From positions 1 through 64,000 of the forward strand of contig JAJYNW010000005.1 of assembly GCA_021786105.1 (NCBI GenBank): a stretch of 64,000 bases of DNA. Direction: 5' to 3'. Origin of the DNA: a bacterium. GTDB taxonomy: Bacteria > Patescibacteriota > Microgenomatia > Daviesbacterales > UBA10151. The first letter of the stretch is position 1, and each line of letters opens with the position of its first letter. The notes under the pieces are model-generated. The model saw only the letters and a program-made list of their open reading frames with translations, searched no databases and was not told the DNA's origin. Shown here one piece after another: positions 1-10,087 of this stretch. The translations under genes and the position numbers were made by a program.

Positions 1-29
1 TTTGGAAACAAATCCAGAAAGGTAAATAA

Positions 30-386
30 ATGGACAGTAAGGGGATAGTTAGTGTTTTAGGGGCACTAGGTATTATTTTTATCTACTGGTTTTTTCTTGG
101 TAAAAAAGAGAAGGAGATTGAAATTTCTGATTCCGTGGATGTTACTGTAAGCGGGGGATACTCTCCGGAGGTGATCTCTGTACCTCGTGGTAAAACTACG
201 AAGATAAATTTTATCCGGACAGACCCAACCGAATGTTTGGGTGAAATAGTTTTAGGGGATTTCAAAATAAAAAAAGAACTTCCTTTAAACCAAAAAGTGA
301 CCATAGAAATTAAACCAGAAAAGCCGGGCGAGTATGGTTACGCTTGTGGTATGAATATGTACCACGGAAAGATAATTGTTAAATGA
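30..386 (+). CDS. Membrane-anchored cupredoxin-domain copper chaperone (CupA-like)
   Basis: N-terminal TM, GYSP start of a cupredoxin fold, C-terminal [10 protein letters not shown] Cu motif; overlaps the copA start. Confidence 0.85.
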   Translation: MDSKGIVSVLGALGIIFIYWFFLGKKEKEIEISDSVDVTVSGGYSPEVISVPRGKTTKINFIRTDPTECLGEIVLGDFKIKKELPLNQKVTIEIKPEKPGEYGYACGMNMYHGKIIVK

Positions 387-2632
387 CAGAAGTAAAAAAA
401 ACATTTTGTATCAAGGGGATGCATTGTGCCTCTTGTGTGAGGGTGATCGAGAATGCGCTACAAAAGACTCCCGGAGTTAAAGATGCCAATGTCAGTTTAT
501 TAACTGAAAGAGCAGACGTAACTTTTAGTCCGGAAGAGGTAAGTGAAGAAAAAATATCTTCAGCTGTAGCTAATGTTGGCTACCAGGCTTATGTTAAAGA
601 AGAATCTGTAAGCCAGAATGAGGAAAAAGCCGAAAAAGAGAAGGAATTAAGGAAACTTCGCCAAAAGGTCTTTATTTCCTTGTCTTTGGCAACCCTAATT
701 GTTGTAGGAAGTTTCCCGGGACTTACAAATATTGCTCCCCCTATCTTGAAAAATTTCTGGGTTCAGTTACTTCTGGCTGCTCCGGTGCAGTTTTGGGCAG
801 GCTTAGGGTTTTACAAAGCCACAATTCCGGCTTTGCGCCACCGGACAGCCAATATGGATACTTTGATTGCTATTGGCACGAGCGCGGCCTTTGGCTATTC
901 ATTTTTAGCGACTGTTTTTCCGGGCATTGTCCGCAGTGCTGGCATTACCCCAATGCCTTATTTTGATGTCTCTTCTTTTGTGATTGGTTTGATTTTACTT
1001 GGAAGGTATTTTGAGGCACGGGCAAAAGCTGGAACTTCGGAAGCGATTAAAAAACTGATTGGGTTACAGGCAAAGACAGCCCGGGTATTAAAAGATGATA
1101 AGGAGATTGATATGCCGATTGACCAAGTAGTAATTGGCAGTATTATCCGGGTAAGGCCGGGAGAAAAGATTCCGGTAGATGGAGTAATTACAGAAGGAGA
1201 GTCTTCCATTGATGAGTCAATGATTTCCGGAGAAAGTATTCCGGTGGAAAAATTTAAAGGGGATACGGTCATCGGAAGTACTATCAATAAAACGGGCACC
1301 TTTACCTATAAAGCAACCAAAGTGGGCAGCGAGACGATGCTGGCCCAAATTATTAAGCTGGTAACAGAGGCTCAGGCGAGTAAAGCTCCTATTCAAAGAG
1401 TGGCAGACTTAGTTTCCGCTTATTTTGTTCCCATTGTCCTGATGCTGGCAATTGCCACATTTGTTGTCTGGTATGATTTTGGACCGGCTCCGGCATTTTT
1501 GTTGGCCTTACTGAATACAGTTGCAGTTTTAATTATTGCTTGCCCTTGTGCCATGGGTTTGGCTACTCCGACAGCGATTATGGTAGGTGTAGGAAAGGGC
1601 GCCGAAAACGGGATTCTGATTCGTGATGCGGAGAGTTTGGAAACCGCTCGGAAAATTAACACCGTCATCTTTGATAAAACCGGAACCCTTACAAACGGAA
1701 AGCCTGTGGTAACAGATGTGGTGGTCGGAGTATCAGAGCGTCGGAGTGTTGGAAAATCGGAGAATAAGAATTTATTGCAGCTGGCAGCGAGTTTAGAAAA
1801 AGGGTCAGAGCATTCCCTAGCCGAAGCAATTATTAATAAAGCGGATGAAGAAAAGGTCATATTGAGTAAAGTAGAGAAATTTAAAGCAATTCCTGGCCAT
1901 GGTGTGGAAGGGACGGTAGGTAAGGAAAAAGTTGTCTTAGGCAATAGAAAGTTAATGGAAAAAGAGGGAATAAAGATTAATGATTTAGAATTAAAGATTG
2001 AAGAATTGGAGGGCCAAGGTAAAACAGTAATGATGTTGGCTGGGAATGGAAAAATATTAGGGCTGATCGCTGTAGCAGATACATTAAAAGAGTCATCAAA
2101 AGAGGGAGTAAAAAGACTTCAGCAATTAGGGATTGAGGTGGCGATGATCACTGGAGATAATAAAAGGACTGCCGCGGCTATTGCGAAACAGGCCGGAATT
2201 ACCAAGGTTTTAGCGGAAGTTTTGCCTGACCGAAAGGAGTCTGAAGTAAGGAAAATCCAATCAGAAGGAAAAGTTGTAGCAATGGTGGGGGATGGGATTA
2301 ATGATGCTCCGGCGCTCGCTGCAGCCAATGTGGGGATTGCTATGGGGACAGGGACGGATGTGGCAATTGAGGCGGCAGATATTACCTTAATTAATAAAGA
2401 TTTGGCCTCTGTGGCAGCTGCGGTCGAACTTTCCCGAAAAACTATGCGGACTATTAAAATGAACCTGTTTTGGGCTTTTGGCTATAATGTAATTTTAATT
2501 CCGGTAGCTATGGGTGTCTTATATCCTTTCTTCCAGATCCTTCTAAATCCAATTTTTGCTTCAGCGGCAATGGCTTTAAGCTCTGTTTCAGTTGTTTCTA
2601 ACTCTTTGCTTTTAAAGCGGGTGAAGTTTTAA
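383..2632 (+). CDS. copA: Copper-translocating P1B-type ATPase
   Basis: GMHCASC HMA domain, [22 protein letters not shown] and MALSS motifs. Confidence 0.96.
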   Translation: MTEVKKTFCIKGMHCASCVRVIENALQKTPGVKDANVSLLTERADVTFSPEEVSEEKISSAVANVGYQAYVKEESVSQNEEKAEKEKELRKLRQKVFISLSLATLIVVGSFPGLTNIAPPILKNFWVQLLLAAPVQFWAGLGFYKATIPALRHRTANMDTLIAIGTSAAFGYSFLATVFPGIVRSAGITPMPYFDVSSFVIGLILLGRYFEARAKAGTSEAIKKLIGLQAKTARVLKDDKEIDMPIDQVVIGSIIRVRPGEKIPVDGVITEGESSIDESMISGESIPVEKFKGDTVIGSTINKTGTFTYKATKVGSETMLAQIIKLVTEAQASKAPIQRVADLVSAYFVPIVLMLAIATFVVWYDFGPAPAFLLALLNTVAVLIIACPCAMGLATPTAIMVGVGKGAENGILIRDAESLETARKINTVIFDKTGTLTNGKPVVTDVVVGVSERRSVGKSENKNLLQLAASLEKGSEHSLAEAIINKADEEKVILSKVEKFKAIPGHGVEGTVGKEKVVLGNRKLMEKEGIKINDLELKIEELEGQGKTVMMLAGNGKILGLIAVADTLKESSKEGVKRLQQLGIEVAMITGDNKRTAAAIAKQAGITKVLAEVLPDRKESEVRKIQSEGKVVAMVGDGINDAPALAAANVGIAMGTGTDVAIEAADITLINKDLASVAAAVELSRKTMRTIKMNLFWAFGYNVILIPVAMGVLYPFFQILLNPIFASAAMALSSVSVVSNSLLLKRVKF

Positions 2633-2650
2633 TACAATGAGCATTACGTT

Positions 2651-3688
2651 ATGGATCTGGGAATCATCTTTTTAACTGGTTTAACTGTCGGTGGGTTAGG
2701 ATGTATTGCTGTCCAGGGTGGGCTTTTGGCTTCAGTAATTGCTGCCCGGGAAGAAGAGGATATAAAAACCGGCAGCCATAAAAAGCACAGTGTCTTACCA
2801 ACTCTGGCATTTTTGGTTACCAAGCTTACAGCTTATCTAATTCTTGGTTTTGTCCTTGGTCTTTTTGGGCAAAAGTTACAAATCTCTGATGGGGCCAGGA
2901 CTTATATTCAGCTCTTTGCAGGAATTTACATGCTGGCAGTGGCTTTGAATCTTTTAAATGTTCACCCAATTTTTAGGTATGTCATTATCCAGCCTCCGAG
3001 ATTTTTATCTAAACTGGTCCGTAATCAGGCTAAAAGCAAAGATTTATTTGCCCCGGCATTTTTAGGTGCCCTGACAATTTTTATCCCGTGCGGGACAACT
3101 TTAGCCATGGAAGCTTTAGCTATTTCTTCCGGGAGTCCTTTCTCGGGAGCTGCTATTCTTGGGGCTTTTGTGTTAGGTACCTCTCCCCTCTTTTTTGTTT
3201 TGGGGTATATTACAACAATCTTGGGTGATGCTTTTAAGGATAAGTTTTTAAAAATTGCTGCTTTGCTTGTGATTTATCTTGGACTCACAACAGTAAACAG
3301 TGCTTTAGTTCTAGCCAACTCCCCCATCACTTTGAATAATATTGGCGATTTAATTCCTATCCAGATTAATTTTGGGGATGGAAACAGTGGCACCCAGGGT
3401 AATACAGTGAAAATTGTAGATGGGGTACAGAATGTTGATATCCAGGTTTTCCCTAACGGGTACAACCCAAACTCAGTCAAGGTAAAAGCGGGGATACCTA
3501 TAAAAATGAACTTAACAACCACGGGGGGTTTAGGCTGTACTCTAGCCTTTGTGATGCCCCAATTAGGTATAAGGCAAAATTTACAAAGGGATGCTACTAC
3601 AACAATTGATATCCCGGCTCAAAATCCGGGAAAGTTAACCTGGACTTGTTCAATGGGTATGTATTTTGGAGTAATGGAGGTGGAGTAA
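2651..3688 (+). CDS. TauE/DsbD_2-like multi-pass membrane protein fused to a C-terminal cupredoxin domain
   Basis: GCIAVQGG and FIPCG membrane Cys motifs, about 6 TMs, C-terminal GC...WTCSMGMY. Confidence 0.8.
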   Translation: MDLGIIFLTGLTVGGLGCIAVQGGLLASVIAAREEEDIKTGSHKKHSVLPTLAFLVTKLTAYLILGFVLGLFGQKLQISDGARTYIQLFAGIYMLAVALNLLNVHPIFRYVIIQPPRFLSKLVRNQAKSKDLFAPAFLGALTIFIPCGTTLAMEALAISSGSPFSGAAILGAFVLGTSPLFFVLGYITTILGDAFKDKFLKIAALLVIYLGLTTVNSALVLANSPITLNNIGDLIPIQINFGDGNSGTQGNTVKIVDGVQNVDIQVFPNGYNPNSVKVKAGIPIKMNLTTTGGLGCTLAFVMPQLGIRQNLQRDATTTIDIPAQNPGKLTWTCSMGMYFGVMEVE

Positions 3689-3915
3689 TGGGGAAAATAA
3701 TCAAGAAAAAAATAAAAATTGAGGGAATGCATTGCTCTTCCTGTGCTATGTGCATTGATATGGATTTAGAGGACTTGGAAGGGATAAAAAAAGCCCAAAC
3801 TTCTTATGCCAAGCAGGAAACTGATGTTGAATATGATGAGGAAAAAGTAGAACTCAAAGATATCATAGAGACAGTTAAAAAATCTGGTTATAACCCTACT
3901 TCTGTTGTAGACTAG
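3688..3915 (+). CDS. Heavy-metal-associated (CopZ-like) copper chaperone
   Basis: GMHCSSC motif; ATG at 3688 overlaps the upstream stop (TAATG). Confidence 0.88.
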   Translation: MGKIIKKKIKIEGMHCSSCAMCIDMDLEDLEGIKKAQTSYAKQETDVEYDEEKVELKDIIETVKKSGYNPTSVVD

Positions 3916-3920
3916 AATTA

Positions 3921-4901
3921 ATGTTTGATTTAATTTCCATTGGCGATCCGGCTGTTGACCATTTTTTCAAAATTCACGATGCCCATGTGGAGGTGGAAAG
4001 GGATGGCAGGGAGCTCTGTTTGCGGTATGGAGACAAACTGCCCGTGGAACAATACCAGCAGGTTTTAGGGGGGAATAATCCTAATAATGCCGTTGGGGCT
4101 TCAAGATTGGGTTTAAAAGTAGCTATTTATACCAATATCGGCACTGATTTAGCCGGAAAATTTGTTTTAACCAGGCTAAAAGAGGAGGGGGTAGATACCC
4201 GTTATGTGGCGACCAATGAGAAGATGGATTCCAATATTTCTGCTTTGGTGAGTTTCCGGGGTGAGAGGACAATTTTAACTTACCACCAAAGTTATAAATA
4301 CGATCTTCCGGATTTAGACAGATCCCGCTGGATTTATTTAAGTTCAATGGGGAAATCGTCTTTGGAAGGCAATTTTTATGCCCAGGTAGAAAGCTATCTT
4401 CAAAGAACCGGAGCCTCTTTAGCTTTTAACCCGGGAACTTATGAACTATCCTTTGGCTTAAAAAAATTATCCAAACTTTTGTCACTTACCACCCTTTTAA
4501 TCCTCAATAAGGAAGAAGCAGAGCTGGTTTTAAAGATTGACGGAGGTAAAAAGGTGGAGATTAAAAAATTGCTCAAAGGACTTCTGGAGTTGGGCCCTAA
4601 AATGGTTATTATTACTGATGGGGAAAATGGGTCTTTTGGGTTTGATGGAGAAAAATATTGGTTTTTGGGTATTTTCCCGGCTAAGGTTGTCGATATGACC
4701 GGGGCAGGAGATTCATATGCTACCGGTGTAGTTTCGGGGCTTTTTTACGGTAAAGAACTTTTAGAAGCGATGCGCTGGGGTGCAGCGAACGGCGCTTCGG
4801 TTGTTGAACAAATTGGCGCCCAGGCAGGACTATTAACCCACTCTCAAATGCAGGAAAAATTGAAAGAAAATTCTAAAGTCGTAGCTCAGGAATTAAAGTA
4901 A
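3921..4901 (+). CDS. PfkB/ribokinase-family carbohydrate kinase
   Basis: GGNNPNNA, NKEE and DMTGAGDSY PfkB signatures. Confidence 0.92.
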   Translation: MFDLISIGDPAVDHFFKIHDAHVEVERDGRELCLRYGDKLPVEQYQQVLGGNNPNNAVGASRLGLKVAIYTNIGTDLAGKFVLTRLKEEGVDTRYVATNEKMDSNISALVSFRGERTILTYHQSYKYDLPDLDRSRWIYLSSMGKSSLEGNFYAQVESYLQRTGASLAFNPGTYELSFGLKKLSKLLSLTTLLILNKEEAELVLKIDGGKKVEIKKLLKGLLELGPKMVIITDGENGSFGFDGEKYWFLGIFPAKVVDMTGAGDSYATGVVSGLFYGKELLEAMRWGAANGASVVEQIGAQAGLLTHSQMQEKLKENSKVVAQELK

Positions 4902-5336
4902 CTATTTTTTATGTTGGGATTGTTCCAGTTTCTCGATTCTTTTTAAGATATCCAACATCATTTCATCCTGCTTTTCTAAATGAAGAAGGATGGTCTCAAT
5001 TTCTTTTTCAGCCTTGACGTTGGTCTCAAAGTCGTGTTCGGCCCGGATTTCTGCATGTCTGCCTTGTAGGTTCTGGCCTACAAGAATTAAAGGTAGAAGA
5101 ATTAATTGGAGGTAGCCGGAGGAGATGTATTGCACGGTAGACAAGGTAGAGTTAAAAATGAGTGGGATGGTAACTAAGATCACGCAGGCGAAAAAGAAAC
5201 CCATTGTGCCTACTTTATTGGTAATAGCTAAGGCAAATTTATCTAATGCCGAAAGCCTGTTGCGATGGGTTTCATTGGGATTCTTTATGGGAGAGAAGCG
5301 CTCTTTTAATTGCTCAAGAGTAGTAATCCTATCCAT
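4902..5336 (-). CDS. DUF1003-like membrane protein
   Basis: DKFA..IT..VGT, two TMs, PLILVGQN and a coiled-coil tail; start moved to ATG 5336, which follows a TACCAT -10 box. Confidence 0.75.
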   Translation of the reverse strand: MDRITTLEQLKERFSPIKNPNETHRNRLSALDKFALAITNKVGTMGFFFACVILVTIPLIFNSTLSTVQYISSGYLQLILLPLILVGQNLQGRHAEIRAEHDFETNVKAEKEIETILLHLEKQDEMMLDILKRIEKLEQSQHKK

Positions 5337-5371
5337 GTTTACCATGGTATTAGGTATGTTATTATAAGTCA

Positions 5372-6235
5372 ATGACAGGACGCGAGTGGTTGCAAAAGGC
5401 GAAAGCGGAAAAGTGGGCGATTGGGGCGTTTAATGTGGGGAATTTAGAGACCTTTAAGGCCATTGTCCAGGCAGCAGCCAATAAAAAATCACCGGTAATT
5501 ATTGAATCATCCCCTGGTGAGACGTCATGGATTGGCCCGGAAAATGTGATCGATTTAGCCAGAAATTACTCACAGCAGTTTGGCATTCCGGTTTTGGTTA
5601 ATTTAGACCATGCGAAGAATCTGGAAGAGTGCCAGCAGGGGATTGATGCGGGCTATGACCTGATCCATTTTGACGGGTCAGAGTTGCCGTTGGAACAAAA
5701 TATCGAGATTGCCAAGAAGGTTGTGGAATTGTCCCATGCCAAAGGATTGGTGGTGGAAGGGGAGATGGACCACATTATGGGGTCTTCCGAGATACATCAA
5801 GGTTCGGCTTTGGAGGAGGCCGCAAAAGGGGCTTTTTCTGACCCGGAAAAAGCGGTAGAGTTTGTAAAATCGACAGGGATAGATATCTTTGCGGCATTTT
5901 TCGGCAATGTGCATGGGGTATTTAGTGCGGGTGATGAAAAACTGCACTTGGAAGTTTTGGAACAGCTGTCTGCAAAACTGCCGGATACTTTCTTTTCTCT
6001 TCATGGAGGTTCGGGAATTTCCGGTGACCAGGTAAAAGAGGCAATCCAAAGAGGGATCGTCAAGGTAAATATAAATACCGAACTTCGGGAAGCTTTCCGG
6101 GCTAACTTGCAGGAAGAGATGAAGGAACACCCGGATGAGTATGCAATGTATAAATTAGAAGGCCCGGTTTTGGAAGAAGTCCAAAAAGTCGTAGAAGAGA
6201 AAATTGATATCTTTGGCTCCTTTGGTAAAGCCTGA
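5372..6235 (+). CDS. fba: Class II fructose-bisphosphate aldolase
   Basis: GAFN, LDH, FDGS, GNVHG, LHGGSG, KVNINTE. Confidence 0.93.
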   Translation: MTGREWLQKAKAEKWAIGAFNVGNLETFKAIVQAAANKKSPVIIESSPGETSWIGPENVIDLARNYSQQFGIPVLVNLDHAKNLEECQQGIDAGYDLIHFDGSELPLEQNIEIAKKVVELSHAKGLVVEGEMDHIMGSSEIHQGSALEEAAKGAFSDPEKAVEFVKSTGIDIFAAFFGNVHGVFSAGDEKLHLEVLEQLSAKLPDTFFSLHGGSGISGDQVKEAIQRGIVKVNINTELREAFRANLQEEMKEHPDEYAMYKLEGPVLEEVQKVVEEKIDIFGSFGKA

Positions 6236-6260
6236 ATTTTTCGGTATACTAAAGTGAGAG

Positions 6261-7079
6261 ATGGCTACTGCCCGGCGTTATCACCACCACCATTATCATT
6301 TCTCTTACCCGTTGTCGTTTAGGCACCACTTCGGTTCCCTGGCAGTAGTCTCTGCAATTTTGATCCTGGTAATGCTGCAGGTTTTTCACCTGGCTGAGCC
6401 GGCGGCGTCTTCTTCGATACACAATATTTCAATTACTACCCTTGTCGCAGCGAGTCTGGCGACATTGTACCGTTTATCAATTGCCTATGTAATTTCGTTA
6501 GTTATATCCGTCCCCTTAGCCTTACTGATTACTAGTACTCCCAAAACCGAAAAATATTTACTTCCCCTATTTGACATTATTCAGTCGGTTCCGGCTTTGG
6601 CCTTTTTCCCGCTTTTAGTTTTGCTTTTTATAAGATTTAATTTTTTTGAAGGGGCAGCGATCTTTATTTTGGTTTTGGATATTGTTTGGAATCTGGTTTT
6701 TTCTATGGTTGGAGGGTTAAAAAGTATCCCTAATGACATTAAAGCGGCATCAGTTATTTTTGGGGCAAAGGGTTTTAAAAAACTTTGGTTTGTGACTTTG
6801 CCCTCAATCCTTCCATATATAATTACCGGGTCTTTTTTGGCTTGGGGACAGGGCTGGAATATTATTGTGGTGGCAGAGGTGCTGCATAACTATATTCCCG
6901 GAGGAAATACATCTTCGGATTTGTTCGGACTGGGAAGTTTACTAGTTAACTCTACAGCTTCCGGGCAAAGTTCAGTTTTTCTTGCAGGACTGATTACAAT
7001 GGTGATTATTATCGGGTTTTTGAATTTTTTTGTCTGGCAAAAACTTATCCATCTGACAGAAAGGTATAAATTTGATTAA
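6261..7079 (+). CDS. ABC transporter permease (NitT/TauT type) with His-rich N-terminus
   Basis: QSVP, EAA-like loop (KAASVIFGA), about 6 TMs. Confidence 0.85.
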   Translation: MATARRYHHHHYHFSYPLSFRHHFGSLAVVSAILILVMLQVFHLAEPAASSSIHNISITTLVAASLATLYRLSIAYVISLVISVPLALLITSTPKTEKYLLPLFDIIQSVPALAFFPLLVLLFIRFNFFEGAAIFILVLDIVWNLVFSMVGGLKSIPNDIKAASVIFGAKGFKKLWFVTLPSILPYIITGSFLAWGQGWNIIVVAEVLHNYIPGGNTSSDLFGLGSLLVNSTASGQSSVFLAGLITMVIIIGFLNFFVWQKLIHLTERYKFD

Positions 7080-7791
7080 CGTTGGCCTGTACCATGTTTA
7101 TAAAAATTACCCCGGAGCTTCAAAGAAGTGGGCCTTAAAGGATTTTAACTTGGAGGTCTTCCAGGGTGAATTCTTTTGTTTGGTAGGGCCTTCTGGATGT
7201 GGAAAATCCACAGTTTTAAAAATTATTAGCGATTTGGAAAAACCCACGTCCGGAGTGGTGAATAAACCGGAGAATATATCCTTAGTTTTTCAATTAGGTG
7301 CACTTTTGCCTTGGCTTTCGGTAGAAGAAAATATCGGTTTTGGCTTGAAGATGCGGAATACCCCTAAAAAACAAATGGAACAATCAGTACAGGGATATAT
7401 GGAAATGGTGGGACTTTCGGATTTTGCTAAAAAATACCCCCGGGAACTTTCCGGAGGGCAGAGACAGCGGGTGGGAATTGCCCGGGCCTTAACCATGGAG
7501 CCGGACGTTTTACTTTTGGATGAACCTTTTTCAGCGCTGGATCCTTTAACAACAGAAGGATTGCACGAAGACCTTTTGTCGATTTGGAAGCAGACCTCAA
7601 AGACTATTATTATGGTTTCCCACTTTATAGAAGAGGCTGTCAGGCTTGCTGATAGGGTAGGTGTTATGTCTGATGGTAGTATGAAAGAAATTTTCGATGT
7701 CAGGCTTTCCCGCCCGCGGAATATCCATGAGGATGGTTTTTTGGGTTTAACCGAAAGGATAAGTAAGTCGCTGGGTTTGGTTAATGAATGA
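7072..7791 (+). CDS. ABC transporter ATP-binding protein (NitT/TauT type)
   Basis: GPSGCGKS, LSGGQ, LLLDEPF; TTG start overlapping the permease stop. Confidence 0.92.
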   Translation: MINVGLYHVYKNYPGASKKWALKDFNLEVFQGEFFCLVGPSGCGKSTVLKIISDLEKPTSGVVNKPENISLVFQLGALLPWLSVEENIGFGLKMRNTPKKQMEQSVQGYMEMVGLSDFAKKYPRELSGGQRQRVGIARALTMEPDVLLLDEPFSALDPLTTEGLHEDLLSIWKQTSKTIIMVSHFIEEAVRLADRVGVMSDGSMKEIFDVRLSRPRNIHEDGFLGLTERISKSLGLVNE

Positions 7792-8494
7792 ATACTCTGG
7801 TTCCGGGGTTGGAAGCTGATGCCCGGATATAATTTTGTCCTGCCGGAAGATTGGGGCCTGCCCATTCAAAAAGCTGGGTGGCTTGGGCTAAGGGAGCATT
7901 TACGCATCCATGGCTCATGGGGTGGCCGAAGTTGTTGTGCCAGTAAGCTCCGTGGATGGCAAATCCTTTATAAAAAAACATGTTATTGGGGACATTGGGT
8001 AGATCGTAATAGGTTCCCAGTTCTTTGGAACCGCCTTTCATTCTTTGGTACCTGGTTTTGGCATAAATATTAAAGTCGCCTTTGGGGGTGGGATACCAGC
8101 GTCCGGAAGAAATAGGAAACTCCATTACGATTTTATTCCCTTCCCAAGCCCTTAACTTCTGTTGTTCCAGGGAAACCTCAATCCATTTAGTTTCACCTGC
8201 TGCGTTAGTTGTTCCTAAGACCTTGGTTTCGCTGTCTGCATCTGCCAGGTAACCTTGAGCCAGGGAAGTTTTTGGGTAATCAACTTCCTGGCCATTGAAA
8301 AAAGCCAATGAGGCATCCTCGTCAAAATTGCCTTTTGATGAAAGAACATCAGCCTCAGTGCAACAAGATGTTGTGGTGTCGCCGGAGATCCCCAGCTCAT
8401 AGAAAACAACTCTTTTGAAGGGTAAATAGGCCAATACAGTAATTAAAATTAACGGTATAATAAGTAGAGGCAGCAGACGGTGCATTAACCCCAT
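7781..8494 (-). CDS. L,D-transpeptidase (YkuD family), N-terminally anchored
   Basis: HGAYWH...SHGCVN catalytic motif; start at 8494 or 8485. Confidence 0.92.
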   Translation of the reverse strand: MGLMHRLLPLLIIPLILITVLAYLPFKRVVFYELGISGDTTTSCCTEADVLSSKGNFDEDASLAFFNGQEVDYPKTSLAQGYLADADSETKVLGTTNAAGETKWIEVSLEQQKLRAWEGNKIVMEFPISSGRWYPTPKGDFNIYAKTRYQRMKGGSKELGTYYDLPNVPNNMFFYKGFAIHGAYWHNNFGHPMSHGCVNAPLAQATQLFEWAGPNLPAGQNYIRASASNPGTRVFIH

Positions 8495-8550
8495 TGTCTG
8501 GCCTTGTTCCTTCCTCCGTCAAGGGGGCATTTTTAGGCTCAATCCAAGAT

Positions 8551-9459
8551 ATGAAAAGAAAAGTATTTTTTTACCTATTCTTGCTTGTTGTAGCGGTAGC
8601 CCTCTGGATAAATTTCTCTACCCCAAAGAAACAATCCTTACTCTCCCCGGTGGTTCCTAGAAGCATGTTGGCTACCAATCTTTGGTTTCCGGAGATCAAA
8701 GCCGGGAGCAATGAAGATGGCGCTCCCGAAATTACCGCCAAAGCTGCATATTTTGTAGATACGCAATCAGGAAAAGTCTTGTATCAAAAGAACCCCCACG
8801 AAAAATTGCCCATTGCTTCCTTAACCAAAATTATGACGGTGATTGTAACTTTGGAAAATAAAAAATTTGACGATGTGGTTAATATCAGTGACCATGCGGC
8901 CTCGATGGAACCGGATCACATGTTGCTTATTGCTGGAGAAAAATTAACTGTTAAAGAACTTCTTTATGGAATATTTTTAGTTTCAGCCAATGATGCTGCA
9001 GAAGCCTTGGCGGAAACTTCCACTTCGGGAAGGGATGATTTCATTTCCCAAATGAATGCCACCGCCAAAAGATTAGGGATGAATGATACCTTATTTATTA
9101 ACCCCTCCGGGCTTGAAGAAGATAACCGTGATCAACACTCAACCGCCTATGATGTAGCTTTAATGAGCAGGTATGCTATAAAACACTTTCCCGGGGTAGT
9201 GGATATTTCTAAAACCTACCACATAGTTTTACCTAAAACTTCGACCCATCAGGATTATGAAATGTATTCAGGTATTAACCTTTTAACAACTTACTCCGGG
9301 GTAGTGGGGTTTAAGACCGGCTATACCCCCGAAGCAGGTTTGACTCTGGTAACTTTGGCTAGGGTTGGCGGCCATGAGGTTTTGGGGGTTATCCTGGGTT
9401 CTGAAAACCGCCGGGAAGAAGCCCGGAAGTTACTGGATTACTCCTTTTCTCATCTCTGA
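8551..9459 (+). CDS. D-alanyl-D-alanine carboxypeptidase (peptidase S11)
   Basis: SLTK, SAN, KTG motifs; likely start MKRK at 8551 ahead of a signal anchor. Confidence 0.92.
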   Translation: MKRKVFFYLFLLVVAVALWINFSTPKKQSLLSPVVPRSMLATNLWFPEIKAGSNEDGAPEITAKAAYFVDTQSGKVLYQKNPHEKLPIASLTKIMTVIVTLENKKFDDVVNISDHAASMEPDHMLLIAGEKLTVKELLYGIFLVSANDAAEALAETSTSGRDDFISQMNATAKRLGMNDTLFINPSGLEEDNRDQHSTAYDVALMSRYAIKHFPGVVDISKTYHIVLPKTSTHQDYEMYSGINLLTTYSGVVGFKTGYTPEAGLTLVTLARVGGHEVLGVILGSENRREEARKLLDYSFSHL

Positions 9460-9505
9460 TTTGGCCGCGGCCTTCGCGATTCCCGGGCAGATTTAGCTTA
9501 CTTTC

Positions 9506-9640
9506 TTAGAAACCAAACATATCGCCTTTATCACCCTTGTCGCGGTCCATCATGCCTTCGTTCTTGTTTTTCCTTTCACGGTTTTTTCGGCTCGTGCTGT
9601 GACTTTGGTTTCGGTTTTGTTTCTTTGCATCTCTAGGCAT
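9506..9640 (-). CDS. 44-aa hydrophilic, basic small protein
   Basis: Shine-Dalgarno AAGGAGGTG 6 nt before ATG; MPRDAKKQNRN...GDMFGF. Confidence 0.6.
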   Translation of the reverse strand: MPRDAKKQNRNQSHSTSRKNRERKNKNEGMMDRDKGDKGDMFGF

Positions 9641-9730
9641 ATATTTCACCTCCTTTTGAGTGTGAACATAGTAACCGCTAGCCTTAAAAAGGCCACAAAA
9701 ATACGGTAATAATCCCGTCAGAATCACCCG

Positions 9731-9770
9731 TGCAAGGTGACGCCTTTTTCTGCGAGGTGACGCCTTGCGT
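9731..9770. repeat. Tandem pair of 20-bp REP-like palindromes
   Basis: TGCAAGGTGACGCCTTTTTC then TGCGAGGTGACGCCTTGCGT; third copy at 20931-20950. Confidence 0.8.
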
Positions 9771-9811
9771 GAAGGACAGGGTAAAACTTCAAGATATGAT
9801 ATAGTGGAAAT

Positions 9812-10087
9812 ATGCTTGGATTTAATAAGAAGAGGTTCCTGCTTACCTTGGTGTTGAGTTTAGTTATTTGGTTTGGAAGCGGACTAATACAGTTACTCAC
9901 AGGATTTAAGGATTACTTTAATATCTTTAATTCTTGTACTATAACTGGATACCCTATCGCAATGTGTATATCTAGTAACGACAAAGAAAGAATATTGCTC
10001 ATTTCTTTATTAAATATCATCATCTGGTTTTGGTTGACTCACTTTTTTTCGGGATTATTTTTTAATCGTCCTTCTTTCAAAAAATGA
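9812..10087 (+). CDS. Small two-TM hypothetical membrane protein
   Basis: Two hydrophobic segments around a CTITGYPIAMC loop; TGaTATAGT -10 box 6 nt upstream. Confidence 0.6.
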   Translation: MLGFNKKRFLLTLVLSLVIWFGSGLIQLLTGFKDYFNIFNSCTITGYPIAMCISSNDKERILLISLLNIIIWFWLTHFFSGLFFNRPSFKK

